From: Mycobacteriales bacterium
GTDB taxonomy: Bacteria; Actinomycetota; Actinomycetes; JAFAQI01
Assembly: GCA_036267755.1 (NCBI GenBank)
Contig: DATAVK010000137.1
Coordinates: 1,513-65,512, forward strand
Length of the DNA stretch: 64,000 nt
Reading direction: 5' to 3'
Positions 9,627-19,881 of the stretch are shown here, piece after piece. The notes beneath the pieces are model-generated. The model was not told where the DNA came from. It saw only the letters and a program-made list of their open reading frames with translations, and searched no databases. The stretch's first letter is position 1, and the number at the start of each line of letters is the position of its first letter. The position numbers and the translations under genes are program-made.

Positions 9627-10430
9627 ATGGCCTCGGCCGCGTTTTTCGACCTCGACAAGACGATCATCGCCACGTCGAGCACGCTTGCGCTGGGCCGCAC
9701 TTTCTACGACAGCGGTCTAATCAGTCGCGGCACGGTGATGAAGGGTGCCTACGCTCGGCTGACCTACCACCTCGGTCGCGTCGATGAGGAACGGATGGCC
9801 AGGCTGCGTGACGGCATGGCCCGAATGATCACCGGGTGGGACGTCGAACACGTCAACGAGATCGTGGGCGAGGCGTTCCGGGACCTCATCGACCCGTTGG
9901 TCTACGACGAGGCCGCCGTGCTCATCGAGGAGCACCAGGCCGCCGGGCGCCCCGTCGTCATCGTCTCGAGCAGCGGCGAGGAGGTCGTGGGGCCGATCGG
10001 CGAGCTGCTCGGCGCCGATCATGTGATCGCCACGCGGATGGCTGTCGTCGACGGCCGCTACACCGGCGAGCTCGAGTTCTACTCATTCGGCCCACACAAG
10101 GCGACCGCGATCCGCGAGCTTGCCGCCGAGCGCGGCTGGACGTTGGCGGACTGCTACGCCTACAGCGACTCGGCGACGGACGTACCGATGCTCGAAGCGG
10201 TCGGACACCCGTACGCCGTCAACCCCGACCGAGGTCTACGCCGCGAGGCGATGGCCCGAGGCTGGCCGGTACTGCGCTTCCGCCACCCGGTGCCGCTGCG
10301 GACGCGGGTCGGGCGCAGCAGCCGTCCGGTCGCGCTGGGCGTCGCCGGCGCCGCCGTCGTGGCGGCTGCCGCACGATGGGGGTACGCCCATCGGTCATCA
10401 TCGCGTGTCTGGAGTCGACGAGCCGGGTAG
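9627..10430 (+). CDS. HAD-IB family hydrolase (SerB-like phosphatase, Rv3661-like)
   Basis: ORF 9585..10430 trimmed to the ATG at 9627 (MASAAFFDLDKTIIATSS...). It has HAD motif I (DLDKT) and the distal motif YSDSATDVPMLEAVGHPYAVNPD. Confidence 0.85.
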   Translation: MASAAFFDLDKTIIATSSTLALGRTFYDSGLISRGTVMKGAYARLTYHLGRVDEERMARLRDGMARMITGWDVEHVNEIVGEAFRDLIDPLVYDEAAVLIEEHQAAGRPVVIVSSSGEEVVGPIGELLGADHVIATRMAVVDGRYTGELEFYSFGPHKATAIRELAAERGWTLADCYAYSDSATDVPMLEAVGHPYAVNPDRGLRREAMARGWPVLRFRHPVPLRTRVGRSSRPVALGVAGAAVVAAAARWGYAHRSSSRVWSRRAG

Positions 10431-10481
10431 TCGACCAGCAACGAGCGCGTGGCACCGGCCACGACAGGGGAGGGACCACTC

Positions 10482-10949
10482 ATGGCCTCGACACGAACCT
10501 ACGGCGGCAACGGGACTCCCGTTGCGGATCAGTCGCTCGGCGAACTGGTAGCGACCGCGACGCGCGACCTCTCGGAGCTAATCCACAAGGAGGTCGAGCT
10601 CGCCAAGACCGAGATCGCCGAGGAGGCGAAGCGCGCCGGAATCGGCGCCGGGTTCCTCGGCGGCGCGGGGTTCCTCGGCTTGTTTGCGCTCGGGTTGTTG
10701 TCGTTCGCCGGGGCGTTCGGCATCGCGGATGGCGGTGGCATCCCGGTCTGGGCCGGCTTCCTCTGCATGGGCGGGCTCTACGGGATCGTCGCTGGGCTGC
10801 TCGTCGCCCTCGGCCTCGGCAAGCTGGTGAAGATCGGACCACCGGCCCGCACCATCCAGACCGTCAAGGCCGACGTCGCCTGGGCGAAGCACCCCACCCA
10901 GACGCCCCCGTCCGCCGAACTAGAAAAACTCCGCGCCTCCCACACCTGA
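10482..10949 (+). CDS. Phage holin family / actinobacterial Holin-X-like membrane protein
   Basis: ORF 10449..10949; the preferred start is the ATG at 10482, preceded by GGGGAGGG. The layout is an amphipathic N-terminus (DLSELIHKEVELAKTEIAEEAKRAG), then two Gly-rich TM helices. Confidence 0.65.
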   Translation: MASTRTYGGNGTPVADQSLGELVATATRDLSELIHKEVELAKTEIAEEAKRAGIGAGFLGGAGFLGLFALGLLSFAGAFGIADGGGIPVWAGFLCMGGLYGIVAGLLVALGLGKLVKIGPPARTIQTVKADVAWAKHPTQTPPSAELEKLRASHT

Positions 10950-11108
10950 CGTCCGGCGCTCGCACTTCGAAGCCGAGGCAGTCCATCACCGTGGCCGTCT
11001 GACCACCTTCTAGGGTCGTTATCCGGCCACGGCGACTCTTCGTCGCAGTGAACGCGATTCGACGTCCGGAGTGGGTCCCGCAGCCGCCCAGACGGCAGGG
11101 CAACAAAC

Positions 11109-12044
11109 GTGTGCCAGGCTGGCCGCGTGGCATCGTCGCGACGGATCGTCGACGACTCGGTCGTCCACATCGACGGGCCGTGGTCCCATCGGGACATCAG
11201 CGCCAACGGCATTCGGATCCATGTGGCCGAGGCCGGCTCCGGCCCGCTCGTCCTGCTGCTGCACGGGTTTCCGGAGTTCTGGTGGTCGTGGCGACATCAG
11301 CTGACCGCGCTGGCCGCGGCCGGTTTCCGAGCAGTCGCGCCGGACCTGCGTGGCTACGGCGGGAGCGACAAGCCACCCCGCGGGTACGACGCGATGACCC
11401 TCGCCGGCGACGTCGCCGGCATGGTGCGTTCGTTGGGCGCCGAGGACGCCGTGATCGTCGGCCACGACTGGGGCGGCCATCTCGGCTGGTCAGTCGCAGC
11501 GCTGCACCCCAATGTGGTCCGCCGGCTCGTGGTGATGTCGATCCCGCATCCGCTGCGCTGGCCCGCCGTGTTGCTTCGCGACCGGGAACAGTTCACCGCC
11601 AGCCGGTACATGCTGAGGTTCCAGCTGCCCTGGGCGCCGGAGCGCTGGCTCGTCGCCGACGACGGAGCCAACGTCGCCCGACTGCTACGCGACTGGGGCG
11701 GCCCGGGATTCCCCGACGGTGAGACCGAGCGTCGTTGCCGCGAGGCGATGCAGGTCCTCTACACCCCGAACCGCGCGCTGGAGTACTACCGATGGGCGTT
11801 CCGCTCGGTGCTCCGCAGTGACGGTCGGCGGTTCCGCTCGGCGCTGCGCCGGCCGGTGAAGGCACCGACGCTGCAGCTGCACGGGGAACTGGATCGCTGC
11901 GTGCTGCCGCGCTCCGCACAACGGTCGAGCCGCTACGTGCGCGGCACCTACGAATGGCGGCTGATCGACGGCGCGGGGCACTTCCCGCACGAGGAGGCGC
12001 CGGACGCCGTCACCGCCGAGCTGCTGCGCTGGTGCAGCGCATGA
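11109..12044 (+). CDS. Alpha/beta-fold epoxide hydrolase (EphE/Rv3670-like)
   Basis: 311-aa ORF with HGFPEFWWSWRHQ and the nucleophile elbow GHDWGG. The start is uncertain (GTG 11109 or GTG 11127). Confidence 0.85.
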   Translation: MCQAGRVASSRRIVDDSVVHIDGPWSHRDISANGIRIHVAEAGSGPLVLLLHGFPEFWWSWRHQLTALAAAGFRAVAPDLRGYGGSDKPPRGYDAMTLAGDVAGMVRSLGAEDAVIVGHDWGGHLGWSVAALHPNVVRRLVVMSIPHPLRWPAVLLRDREQFTASRYMLRFQLPWAPERWLVADDGANVARLLRDWGGPGFPDGETERRCREAMQVLYTPNRALEYYRWAFRSVLRSDGRRFRSALRRPVKAPTLQLHGELDRCVLPRSAQRSSRYVRGTYEWRLIDGAGHFPHEEAPDAVTAELLRWCSA

Positions 12045-12523
12045 CACCGGGCCGGGAACGCGACCGCGACCCCGCGGGCCGTCCCCGCAATGCCCGGTCG
12101 CGCGACGCCCTGGGACGGCCGTTGCCACGAGGAGTCGCCGGTTTCGCGCCGTACGACGATCCGGCGCTGCCGCCCGATCAGGCGCTCGAGACCGCGCAGC
12201 GGCTGATCGACGAGGGGCGTCCGTTCACCGCGCACGAAGTTCTCGAGGCGGTCTGGAAGCAGACCGACGGTGAGGAGCGTGAGCTGTGGCGCGGGCTGGC
12301 GCAACTGGCGGTGGGGATCACCCACCTGCTACGCGGCAACCAGTCGGGGTCCGCCGCTTTGCTGCGGCGGGCTGCCGAGCACCTGGGCGGGTTCGCGGGA
12401 TCCTCGCCGTACGGCGTGCCGGTCGACCGGCTGCGGGCATGGGCGCTGGCACCCACGGGAGCACCGCCACCGCTGGTCGGGTCAGGCAGCCGACGACCGC
12501 AGCCGCGCCCGCTCGACGAGTGA
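12041..12523 (+). CDS. DUF309 domain-containing protein
   Basis: ORF 11954..12523 trimmed to the ATG at 12041, an ATGA overlap with the upstream stop. The DUF309-type core reads FTAHEVLEAVWK...ELWRGLAQLAVGITHLLRGN. Confidence 0.7.
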   Translation: MTPGRERDRDPAGRPRNARSRDALGRPLPRGVAGFAPYDDPALPPDQALETAQRLIDEGRPFTAHEVLEAVWKQTDGEERELWRGLAQLAVGITHLLRGNQSGSAALLRRAAEHLGGFAGSSPYGVPVDRLRAWALAPTGAPPPLVGSGSRRPQPRPLDE

Positions 12524-12859
12524 GTCCAGGTAGGTCCTCGCCCACCCCTCGGCCTGCCACCCGAGCGCATCGTCCATCACGCTGAGCGTGAGCCGGACGT
12601 CACAGCCGTCGTCGGCGGTCGGTATGACCCTCACCCGGCCGTGACCGGTGCCACTGGACCCGGCCACCTCGAGACCGGCGACGAAGCCGGCATCGGTACG
12701 GCGTACCGGGCTGAGCTCACCGAACACCTCTGCATCCGGCGCCGAGTCCGGGTCGGCAGGTCGGGCCAATCCGGTCGGCTCGGCCAGCAGAAGTGCCACG
12801 CTCGCCGGATCGGCGGCCGCGTGGCGTGCGATCTCGATGCGTGTCACCGTGGCCTCCAT
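12482..12859 (-). CDS. Hypothetical protein (no recognisable motif)
   Basis: 125-aa ORF with G/C-rich third codon positions. It overlaps the DUF309 3' end by 42 nt, convergently. No family could be assigned by eye. Confidence 0.45.
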   Translation of the reverse strand: MEATVTRIEIARHAAADPASVALLLAEPTGLARPADPDSAPDAEVFGELSPVRRTDAGFVAGLEVAGSSGTGHGRVRVIPTADDGCDVRLTLSVMDDALGWQAEGWARTYLDSLVERARLRSSAA

Positions 12860-12959
12860 TGATGTGCCATGCCCGGGAAGTTCCCTTGCACAGCAACAAA
12901 TCTAGCCGCACTGCTTGCAAAAGTTAGCGATCTGCGGGTGTGATCGGCGTCACGGTTGC

Positions 12960-14138
12960 TCAGTCGCAGCCATCGGTCGACACCGCGCTCGTTGCCGACT
13001 TCCCGGCCCGGACGTCCGGAGCGACCTCGGCAGCGGTCAGCGCGTATCCGGTGTGCTTGTTATCGGTGGAGGACGCGAAGACGACGCCGAGCACCCCGCC
13101 GTCGCTGTCGAGCAGCGGCCCACCGGAGTTGCCAGGAAGGACGGTCGCGTAGAGCGCGTAGATCTGCCGGGTGACCTCGGTCTCTTGGTAGATGTCCGGT
13201 CCTCGGGCGCGTTCCACGCCTCGCACCCGGGCGGCCAGCGCCGAGAAGGGGCCGTCCTCGGGATATCCCGCCACGACCGCGCCATGTCCACGGCTGACCG
13301 CGGGTCCGAAGCCCAAGGGCGGCTCGCCGAGGCCGGGTACGTCGAGGATGGCCACGTCGCGCTTGGGATCGAAGTAGACCACCTGCGCCGAGTGCGTGGC
13401 CCCGTCTGCCGTCTGGACGTTCGGGCCGTCGACACCGGCGACGACGTGGGCATTGGTGAGGATGTGGTCGGGCGAGATGACGAACCCGCTGCCCTCCAGT
13501 CGCCGCGAGCACGACGGCGCCACCCCCGTCACCTTCACGATCGAGGGTCGCGCCGCTAGCACGCCCCGGCTGCGCGCGAGCCGGGGGTTGGGCGCTGCGA
13601 CCGGTGTGACGTGATCCGCTCCGATGCCTCCGAAGACCTCGGGCAGGCCGTCGCTGTCGAGCAACCGTCGGAACGAGGAGAACCAGGTCTGCGCCGAGGC
13701 GGGGACCACGTGGTCGACCGCACCGAGGACAGCTGACCGACGTACCTGGCTGCTCAGCCCGGTCTCCGCGCTGTTGGCCAGTGCGGTGCCGATCAGCCAG
13801 GCGACCAGCAGGAGGGACGCCACGCTGACCACGGCCCCGCCGAGTGAGTCGACAGTGCGGGCCGGAGTCCAGCTGATCCGGCGGCGGATCGCGAAGGCGA
13901 GGCTCGCGGTGATCAGCTGGCCGATGCCCGCAAAGATGAGCACCACCAGCAGCCCGAACAATGCGGAACCCAGGCCGACGCTCGCGTGATGGTGCAGCGC
14001 GGGGGCAAAGTGCGCACCGATCGCACCGCCACCGAGGAAGCCGGCGAAGGACATCACGCCGATGAGGAAGCCTTGCCGGTAACCGCTGATGCCGAAGGCC
14101 ACGCACGCAAGCAGCAGGACGAGGTCGAGGGTGTCCAT
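12960..14138 (-). CDS. marP: MarP family membrane serine protease (CvpA-like TM domain + trypsin-like S1C domain, Rv3671c-like)
   Basis: ORF 12960..14195 trimmed to the ATG at 14138 (MDTLDLVLLLACVAFGISGYRQGF...). The protease motifs are ILTNAHVVAG and LPGNSGGPLLD. Confidence 0.85.
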   Translation of the reverse strand: MDTLDLVLLLACVAFGISGYRQGFLIGVMSFAGFLGGGAIGAHFAPALHHHASVGLGSALFGLLVVLIFAGIGQLITASLAFAIRRRISWTPARTVDSLGGAVVSVASLLLVAWLIGTALANSAETGLSSQVRRSAVLGAVDHVVPASAQTWFSSFRRLLDSDGLPEVFGGIGADHVTPVAAPNPRLARSRGVLAARPSIVKVTGVAPSCSRRLEGSGFVISPDHILTNAHVVAGVDGPNVQTADGATHSAQVVYFDPKRDVAILDVPGLGEPPLGFGPAVSRGHGAVVAGYPEDGPFSALAARVRGVERARGPDIYQETEVTRQIYALYATVLPGNSGGPLLDSDGGVLGVVFASSTDNKHTGYALTAAEVAPDVRAGKSATSAVSTDGCD

Positions 14139-14773
14139 CAGCCCGCCTGCGCAGGCAACGTCTCGACGCGGTCGTGGTCCCAGCCCACGTCCCAACCGGC
14201 GAGCGTCAGCAACCGGTCCAGGACGCCGGCCGTGAACCCCCAGACCAGCATGTCAGCGACCCGGAACGCCGGGCCGAGGAACCCGCTGGAGTGTCGCACC
14301 GACAACCGGTTGGCCGGGTCGACCAGCGCCGAGATGGGGACCCGTGCGACCGCCGCGACCTCGAGCGGGTCGCCCGGCCCCACGTCACTAGGTGTCCGCC
14401 ACCAGGCCACGACGGGTGTCACCGCGTGCGCACTCGGCGGCACCCACAGCTCCGGCAGCACCGCAAAGACTTCGACGCCGGAAGGGTCGACGCCTGTCTC
14501 CTCCTGTGCCTCGCGAAGCGCCGCACCGACCGCGCCGTCGTCGTCCGGATCGAGCTGACCGCCGGGGAACGCCGGCTGACCGGCGTGGCTGCGCAGGTCG
14601 TCACTGCGCTGCAGCAGCAGGACGTCAGGCCCGTCAGGACCTTCGCCGAACAGGATGAGCACGGCCGCGCGTCGCAGCGACGGGTCCTCCGGCAACGGCT
14701 GCCGCAGGAAGCCGAAGGCGTCGGGAGCGATCAGGGCGTCGGCGAGCGGTTGCAACCACTCCGGGATCGCCAT
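14138..14773 (-). CDS. NUDIX hydrolase (CoA pyrophosphatase-like, Rv3672c-like)
   Basis: ORF 14138..14965 trimmed to the ATG at 14773. The Nudix box is PGGQLDPDDDGAVGAALREAQEETG. Confidence 0.8.
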   Translation of the reverse strand: MAIPEWLQPLADALIAPDAFGFLRQPLPEDPSLRRAAVLILFGEGPDGPDVLLLQRSDDLRSHAGQPAFPGGQLDPDDDGAVGAALREAQEETGVDPSGVEVFAVLPELWVPPSAHAVTPVVAWWRTPSDVGPGDPLEVAAVARVPISALVDPANRLSVRHSSGFLGPAFRVADMLVWGFTAGVLDRLLTLAGWDVGWDHDRVETLPAQAG

Positions 14774-14774
14774 G

Positions 14775-15377
14775 TCAGGCCGAGACGTGAAGGTACGTCG
14801 CCACGTCGTGCTGCAGCTGGCCGAGGCTGGAGTAGCCGCCGGGATGAACGTGGACGACAACACCGGCAGCATTGACGAAAGCTGTCTCGGGCGGCCCGGG
14901 GGAGATGTGCAACCCGTCGATGACCTTGTTGGTCGGGTCCGACACCGACGGGTAGTGCATCGCATGCGCGGCGGCGAAGCTCAGCGCCCCACCGTCGGTG
15001 TCGGCCGTGTCGACACCGAGCACGCGCACCTTGCCGGCCAGCCGGCTCGAGAGGGTCAAGAGGTAGGGCATCTCGGGGCGGCACTCGGTGCACCATGACG
15101 CCCACACGTTGACCACCGACGGCGTCCCGGTCAGCCCGGCCAGGTGGACGGCCGGTCCTGCGCCGACGCAGGGCAGCGTGACGTCGGGCAGCCCGTGGCT
15201 CACCGGCTGCGACGACGAGGAGGGGCACGGCGTCAGCTTCGCCGCCTTGACCAGGCTGGCGTCCGACGGGCCCTTGGTGACGGGCGGGCCGCCCAGTGAC
15301 GACGAACTCGACCCGCTGCCGCAGGCCGCGCAGACCGCCGCCAGGGCAATCAGCACGGCGGCGAGGCGGTGGCTCAC
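14775..15377 (-). CDS. TlpA family thiol:disulfide oxidoreductase (secreted/lipoprotein-like, Rv3673c-like)
   Basis: 200-aa ORF with an N-terminal signal ([13 protein letters not shown]) and the thioredoxin active site WASWCTEC. Confidence 0.85.
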   Translation of the reverse strand: MSHRLAAVLIALAAVCAACGSGSSSSSLGGPPVTKGPSDASLVKAAKLTPCPSSSSQPVSHGLPDVTLPCVGAGPAVHLAGLTGTPSVVNVWASWCTECRPEMPYLLTLSSRLAGKVRVLGVDTADTDGGALSFAAAHAMHYPSVSDPTNKVIDGLHISPGPPETAFVNAAGVVVHVHPGGYSSLGQLQHDVATYLHVSA

Positions 15378-16081
15378 AGACTGACCTCGACCTCGGCGGG
15401 GGTCTTCACGAGCTTCGCCGCCACCGCCGGATCGGTGGGCCCCTCACCGAACGACGGACACCACTGCGCGACGGGGCAGACGCCGCATGCGGGACGGCGG
15501 GCGTGGCACATCCGTCGGCCGTGGAAGATCAGGTGGTGGTTGAGCATCACCCAGTCGCGCTTCGGGAACAGCGAGCCGATGTCGTGCTCGGCTTTGACCG
15601 GATCGTGCTCGGTGGTCCACCCGAAGCGGCGGGCGAGCCGACCCACGTGGGTGTCGACGGTGATCCCCGGGATCCCGAAGGCGTTGCCCAGCACCACGTT
15701 CGCCGTCTTGCGACCGACGCCGGGCAGCGTGACCAGGTCCTTGAGTCGCGGCGGCACCTCACCGTCGTACCGCTCCACGAGCGCCTGCCCCAGCCCGATC
15801 AGGCTGTTGGTCTTGGCCCGGAAAAACCCGGTGGACTTGATCTCGATCTCGAGCGTGGCCCGGTCGGCTGACGCGTAGTCCGCCGCGGTCCGGTACTTCG
15901 CGAACAGCTTCGGGGTCACCAGGTTGACACCCTTGTCGGTGCTCTGCGCCGAGAGCACCGTGGCGACGATCAGCTCAAGCGGAGTCGTGAAGTCCAGCTC
16001 GATATGCGCGTCCGGATAGGTCTCGGCGAGGACCCGGTTGATGCGCCGGGCCCGGCGTACCAGCGCCGTTCGGGTCTCCAC
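15374..16081 (-). CDS. nth: Endonuclease III
   Basis: This is the C-terminal 235 codons of ORF 15374..16762, from the GTG at 16081. It has HhH-GPD ([13 protein letters not shown]) and an Fe-S cluster loop [17 protein letters not shown] (C-X6-C-X2-C-X5-C). Confidence 0.9.
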   Translation of the reverse strand: METRTALVRRARRINRVLAETYPDAHIELDFTTPLELIVATVLSAQSTDKGVNLVTPKLFAKYRTAADYASADRATLEIEIKSTGFFRAKTNSLIGLGQALVERYDGEVPPRLKDLVTLPGVGRKTANVVLGNAFGIPGITVDTHVGRLARRFGWTTEHDPVKAEHDIGSLFPKRDWVMLNHHLIFHGRRMCHARRPACGVCPVAQWCPSFGEGPTDPAVAAKLVKTPAEVEVSL

Positions 16082-16194
16082 GCATTGGAGGGTACGGCGG
16101 GGCGGATTGCTCCAGTTAGCGCGGGTGACACACCCGATCGCCGCCTTAAGCGGTTTCCGGAACGGGTCGATGCCGCTCGTGACACCGACGGAGA

Positions 16195-16731
16195 GTGACG
16201 ATGCCCAACCGGCCGACGGCCAACCGCTTCGAAGCGGCGCCCGAGCGCAGCGCGGAGTTCGCGCACCTGTCCCTGGACGGGCTGCGCAACTACCGGGCTG
16301 CCTTGTCGACCGAGGAAAACCGCGTCTCGTACTGGCGGCGCATCCTGCAGGCCCGTCTCGACGTCGTGCGAGCCGTCGACACCGGTGCCTCGACGGCCAC
16401 CGAAGACCTCTCCGGCGTCTTCGCCGAGAGCCGGATCGGTGGCACCCGGACCGCTTTGCTGACGATCGTCCCGGTCGACGACATGCCCCCATTGCCGGAC
16501 CTGGTGCAGCTGTGGGGCCGCGAGCCCCGAACCGGCGACAGTGCGGGCAATGCGACGCTCGTTCACGAGCTGATGAGTGCCGAGACCCAGCTCTCGGCGT
16601 ACCGCTCGGCACTGCACCGCCGGTTGGCGGCGGCGACCAGCGAACTGATCGCGCGCTACCGCGAGGACCCCGACCTGTGCCTGTCGGTCCTGCCCAGCAA
16701 GCCGCGCCGGGCGAGCGCCGCCAGCTCCTGA
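16195..16731 (+). CDS. Helical hypothetical protein carrying an RsiG-type E(X)3S(X)2R(X)3Q(X)3D motif (candidate c-di-GMP-binding anti-sigma-like protein)
   Basis: 178-aa ORF. Residues 41-56, [16 protein letters not shown], match the motif exactly. Residues 130-145, [16 protein letters not shown], keep E/S/R only. Confidence 0.6.
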   Translation: MTMPNRPTANRFEAAPERSAEFAHLSLDGLRNYRAALSTEENRVSYWRRILQARLDVVRAVDTGASTATEDLSGVFAESRIGGTRTALLTIVPVDDMPPLPDLVQLWGREPRTGDSAGNATLVHELMSAETQLSAYRSALHRRLAAATSELIARYREDPDLCLSVLPSKPRRASAASS

Positions 16732-16773
16732 CCCGACGCATGGGTTGGGCCGGATCGGGCACAATGGCCCTCG

Positions 16774-17031
16774 ATGCTGTTCGCGCTGACGTTGACCTTC
16801 CCGCCCGCTCTCATGCTGGCGGTCCTCGCGATGGAGCGGGTCGAGCGTCCGCTCAACGACGTGAAGATCGGTGACCATGTCGCCGAGCTGATCCGCAGCA
16901 GCGCCGCCGAGGAGGTCGAGCTCCTGGTGACGGACAGCTGCGCCAAACCGGTCGACCGCCACTGGCGCCGCCGGGCCCGGCTCGCCCGGATCGCTAGGCT
17001 CCGTTCGACCCGCGCTGCCGCTCGCGGGTAA
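16774..17031 (+). CDS. Small hypothetical membrane protein
   Basis: 85-aa ORF with G/C-rich third positions and an N-terminal hydrophobic helix ([20 protein letters not shown]). It sits between nth and crp, where M. tuberculosis has a small membrane protein gene. Confidence 0.5.
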   Translation: MLFALTLTFPPALMLAVLAMERVERPLNDVKIGDHVAELIRSSAAEEVELLVTDSCAKPVDRHWRRRARLARIARLRSTRAAARG

Positions 17032-17067
17032 GGAACGGCACCGACGGCGAAGGTCTGGGAGGGCACC

Positions 17068-17742
17068 GTGGACGGAGGGCTCGCCCAGTTGCCGCTGTTC
17101 GCAGCCCTCGACGGGGAGTCCGCTGAGACGCTAGAAGCCGCAATGACGACCCGGGCGGTCCCCCGCGGGCACATCGTCTTCCGCGAAGGAGATGCCGGAG
17201 ACCGGCTGTTCGTCATCCTCGACGGGAAGGTGAAGATCTGGCGCTCCGCCCCCGACGGTCGGGAGAACCTGCTCGCGGTGCTCGGGTCAGGGGACATGTT
17301 CGGCGAGCTGTCGTTGTTTGATCCGGGGCCGCGCACCGCCAGCGTCAGCGCGGTCACCGATAGCCGGCTCGCCTCGCTCGACCACGACGACCTACGGCCG
17401 CTGCTGCTCGATCGGCCTGCCGTCGCGGGTCAGCTGCTGCGGGCGCTGGCCCAGCGGCTCCGACGTACCAACGAATCGCTCGCCGATCTGGTCTTCACCG
17501 ACGTCCCCGGTCGAGTCGCCAAGGCGCTGCTCGACCTCGCCGAGAAGTTCGGCACCGAGGAGGCGGACGGCACCCGGGTGCAGCACGACCTCACCCAGGA
17601 GGAGCTGGCGCAGCTCGTCGGCGCGAGCCGCGAGACGGTCAACAAGGCGCTTTCGGAGTTCGCCAGTCGCGGCTGGTTGCGACTCGAGGGGCGGACTGTG
17701 CTCCTCATCGACCGGGATCGGCTGGCTCGCCGAGCCCGTTAG
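17068..17742 (+). CDS. crp: cAMP receptor protein, Crp/Fnr family transcriptional regulator (Rv3676/GlxR-like)
   Basis: 224-aa ORF with a cNMP-binding domain ([19 protein letters not shown]) and a C-terminal HTH ([18 protein letters not shown]). Confidence 0.9.
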   Translation: MDGGLAQLPLFAALDGESAETLEAAMTTRAVPRGHIVFREGDAGDRLFVILDGKVKIWRSAPDGRENLLAVLGSGDMFGELSLFDPGPRTASVSAVTDSRLASLDHDDLRPLLLDRPAVAGQLLRALAQRLRRTNESLADLVFTDVPGRVAKALLDLAEKFGTEEADGTRVQHDLTQEELAQLVGASRETVNKALSEFASRGWLRLEGRTVLLIDRDRLARRAR

Positions 17743-18517
17743 CGGCCAGGTAGTCCAGCTGCGCCCGCACCGACAGCTCGGCGAACGGCCAGAGCACCGG
17801 ATCGACATCGGCGTACACCCGGCGTACGACGGACGGCGCGTCCCGGTCACCGGCCACCACGGCCGCCTCGACTTGGGCGAGCCGTTCGGCTCGGTGGGCG
17901 AGGTACCCCTCGATCACGCCGAGTGCATCCTCGAGGACCGGGCCGTGCCCAGGGAGCACGGTGGACACGTCGTCACGGGCGAGGTCACGCAGCCGGCGGA
18001 GCGAGTCGAGGTAGTCGCCGAGCCGGCCATCCGGATGCGCGACGACGGTGGTGCCACGGCCGAGGATCGTGTCTCCGGTCAGCAACGCACGGTCGGCCTC
18101 CAGCAGGAAGCACACCGAGTCCGACGTATGGCCCGGGGTCAGCACGGTCAACCAGTCCAACTCGCCGACCGACGCCCGCTGCGACGAGCCGCTCCCCGGG
18201 CTGACCCGTAGTGGATCCGCACCGAGGCAATACGCCGGGTCGAACGCCGTGACCGGCGCCCCGGTCAGCTCATGCAGTCGCGGTGCGCCTTCGCTGTGAT
18301 CGATGTGGCCGTGCGTGAGCAGGATCAGCGCGACCGGGCCCGCTGCAGCCAGCGCCTCGAGATGTCCGGGGTCCAGCGGCCCGGGGTCGACGACCACCAC
18401 CCGATCGCCGCCCGGCTCCCGCAACACCCAGCTGTTGGTGCCGTCGAGGGTCATCGGGCCCGGGTTGGGCGCGAGCAGTCGGGCAGCCCGCGGCGTGGCC
18501 TGCTCGATGCCGGTCAT
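17705..18517 (-). CDS. MBL-fold metallo-hydrolase (Rv3677c-like)
   Basis: 270-aa ORF with the HxHxDH motif [11 protein letters not shown]. Its start overlaps the upstream Nudix stop (ATGA). Confidence 0.85.
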   Translation of the reverse strand: MTGIEQATPRAARLLAPNPGPMTLDGTNSWVLREPGGDRVVVVDPGPLDPGHLEALAAAGPVALILLTHGHIDHSEGAPRLHELTGAPVTAFDPAYCLGADPLRVSPGSGSSQRASVGELDWLTVLTPGHTSDSVCFLLEADRALLTGDTILGRGTTVVAHPDGRLGDYLDSLRRLRDLARDDVSTVLPGHGPVLEDALGVIEGYLAHRAERLAQVEAAVVAGDRDAPSVVRRVYADVDPVLWPFAELSVRAQLDYLAANGLGEPADPGR

Positions 18518-19386
18518 GACGGATCCGGCGGGTAGCCGTCGTCATGGGGGAGCAGCAGCCGCGCCTGGTCATCGTCCCCGAGCGCGATCTTCGGCAGGAC
18601 GGGGCGCACGTCGCGCTCGGTGCCGGCCGCGAGCACGGCATCGATCGACGGGTACGTCGCCAGCTCGGCGAGGGTGACGATGGTGGGGGGGAGCAACGCC
18701 AGTTCGCCGCGGGAGTGCGCGTGCAGGGCGTCGGCCGGCCGGATCCAGGTGACGCGGTCGGACTCGCCGCCGACGTCCCGGGTGCGTTGGCCGGCGGGCA
18801 TGGCGGCGACGAAGAACCGGGTGTCGTAGCGCCGCGGCTCGAACTCCGGCGTGACCCAGTGCGCCCAGGCCCGGAGCAGGTCGGCCCGCAGCACGAGACC
18901 CCGTCGCTGCAGCAGCTCGGCCAGCGACAGCGAGCGGTCGAGCAGCGCCAGCCGGTCGGTCTCCCAGTCCTCGCTGCTGGTGTCGAGCACCACCTCGTCG
19001 GCGCTCGGCCCGGCCAGCAGTACGCCGGACTCCTCGAAGGTTTCACGCACGGCGGCACACACCAGCGAGCGCGCCAGCGGTGCCGTAGCGGTCAGCGGCC
19101 CGGCCCACGCGGTCGCCGGCGGACCGACCCACGCGGTGTCGGGCAGCTCCTCGTCCCGGGGATCGACCGATCCGCCGGGGAACACGAACATCCCGGCCGC
19201 GAACGCCATCGTGGCGACCCGCCGGAGCAAGTAGGCCTGCGGCTCGGTGCTCGGCGTGCCAGCCGGCGGGTCGCGGAGCAGGACGACGGTGGCAGCTGGA
19301 CGCGGCTCGGCCACCTGCAGCTCGCCGCGGGCGTAGGCGCGCGCCGTCTCAGCGAAGCTCGGCGGGAGCGCCCGGGGATCAGTCAT
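18514..19386 (-). CDS. NUDIX domain-containing protein
   Basis: 290-aa ORF with FPGGSVDPRD...AAVRETFEESGVLL, a Nudix-box-like segment. Confidence 0.75.
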   Translation of the reverse strand: MTDPRALPPSFAETARAYARGELQVAEPRPAATVVLLRDPPAGTPSTEPQAYLLRRVATMAFAAGMFVFPGGSVDPRDEELPDTAWVGPPATAWAGPLTATAPLARSLVCAAVRETFEESGVLLAGPSADEVVLDTSSEDWETDRLALLDRSLSLAELLQRRGLVLRADLLRAWAHWVTPEFEPRRYDTRFFVAAMPAGQRTRDVGGESDRVTWIRPADALHAHSRGELALLPPTIVTLAELATYPSIDAVLAAGTERDVRPVLPKIALGDDDQARLLLPHDDGYPPDPS

Positions 19387-19416
19387 GCGGGCGTCGTCAT
19401 GCGGTCGCGGCCATGC

Positions 19417-19881
19417 TCAGCCGCCGATCTGCACGACCAGCTCGACCTCGACCGGCGCGTCCAGCGGCAGGACGGCGACCCCGACGGCGCTGCGGGCGTG
19501 ACGCCCGACGTCGCCGAAGACCTCACCGAGCAGCTGGCTGGCCCCGTTGACGACCGCCGGCTGCCCCGTGAACGAGGGGTCGCTGGCGACGTACCCGACG
19601 ACCTTGACGACCCGGGCGACCGTGTCGAGGTCGCCGATCTCGGCCTTGATCGCGGCCAGCGCGTTCAGGGCGCAGGTGAGGGCGAGGCCGCTGGCGGTTT
19701 CCGGGTCGACCTCGGCGCCGACCTTGCCGGTCACCTGCAAGGCGCCGTCCACCATCGGAAGCTGACCCGAGGTCCACACCAGGTCTCCGACGCGCACCGC
19801 AGGCACGTACGACGCCAACGGCGGGACGACCTCGGGCAGCTGCAGCCCTAGGTCACCCAACCGCTCCTCGACCCGGCTCAC
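19417..19881 (-). CDS. RidA/YjgF family reactive-intermediate deaminase (Rv3678c-like)
   Basis: 154-aa ORF with a typical RidA C-terminus (RSAVGVAVLPLDAPVEVELVVQIGG). Confidence 0.9.
   Translation of the reverse strand: MSRVEERLGDLGLQLPEVVPPLASYVPAVRVGDLVWTSGQLPMVDGALQVTGKVGAEVDPETASGLALTCALNALAAIKAEIGDLDTVARVVKVVGYVASDPSFTGQPAVVNGASQLLGEVFGDVGRHARSAVGVAVLPLDAPVEVELVVQIGG

Noticed and set aside
12860-12959. An A/T-richer 100-nt gap with the imperfect inverted repeat ttgcacagca...tgcttgcaa, as a regulatory RNA or terminator.
   Set aside because: The stem is short and mismatched and there are no conserved motifs. It is adequately explained as the marP 3' region / promoter of the next gene, and is not supportable as a feature.
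15374-16762. The full 462-aa ORF as a giant N-terminally extended endonuclease III.
   Set aside because: Only the last 235 codons resemble Nth. The upstream 227 codons are Arg/Pro-rich and run antisense through the well-formed RsiG-motif gene at 16195-16731. The GTG at 16081 gives a normal-length Nth.
17705-17742. The 38-nt convergent overlap of the crp and MBL-hydrolase 3' ends as a sign of a mis-called gene.
   Set aside because: Both ORFs have family-typical C-termini up to their stops, and no alternative earlier stop exists. Short convergent overlaps are common in compact high-G+C genomes.
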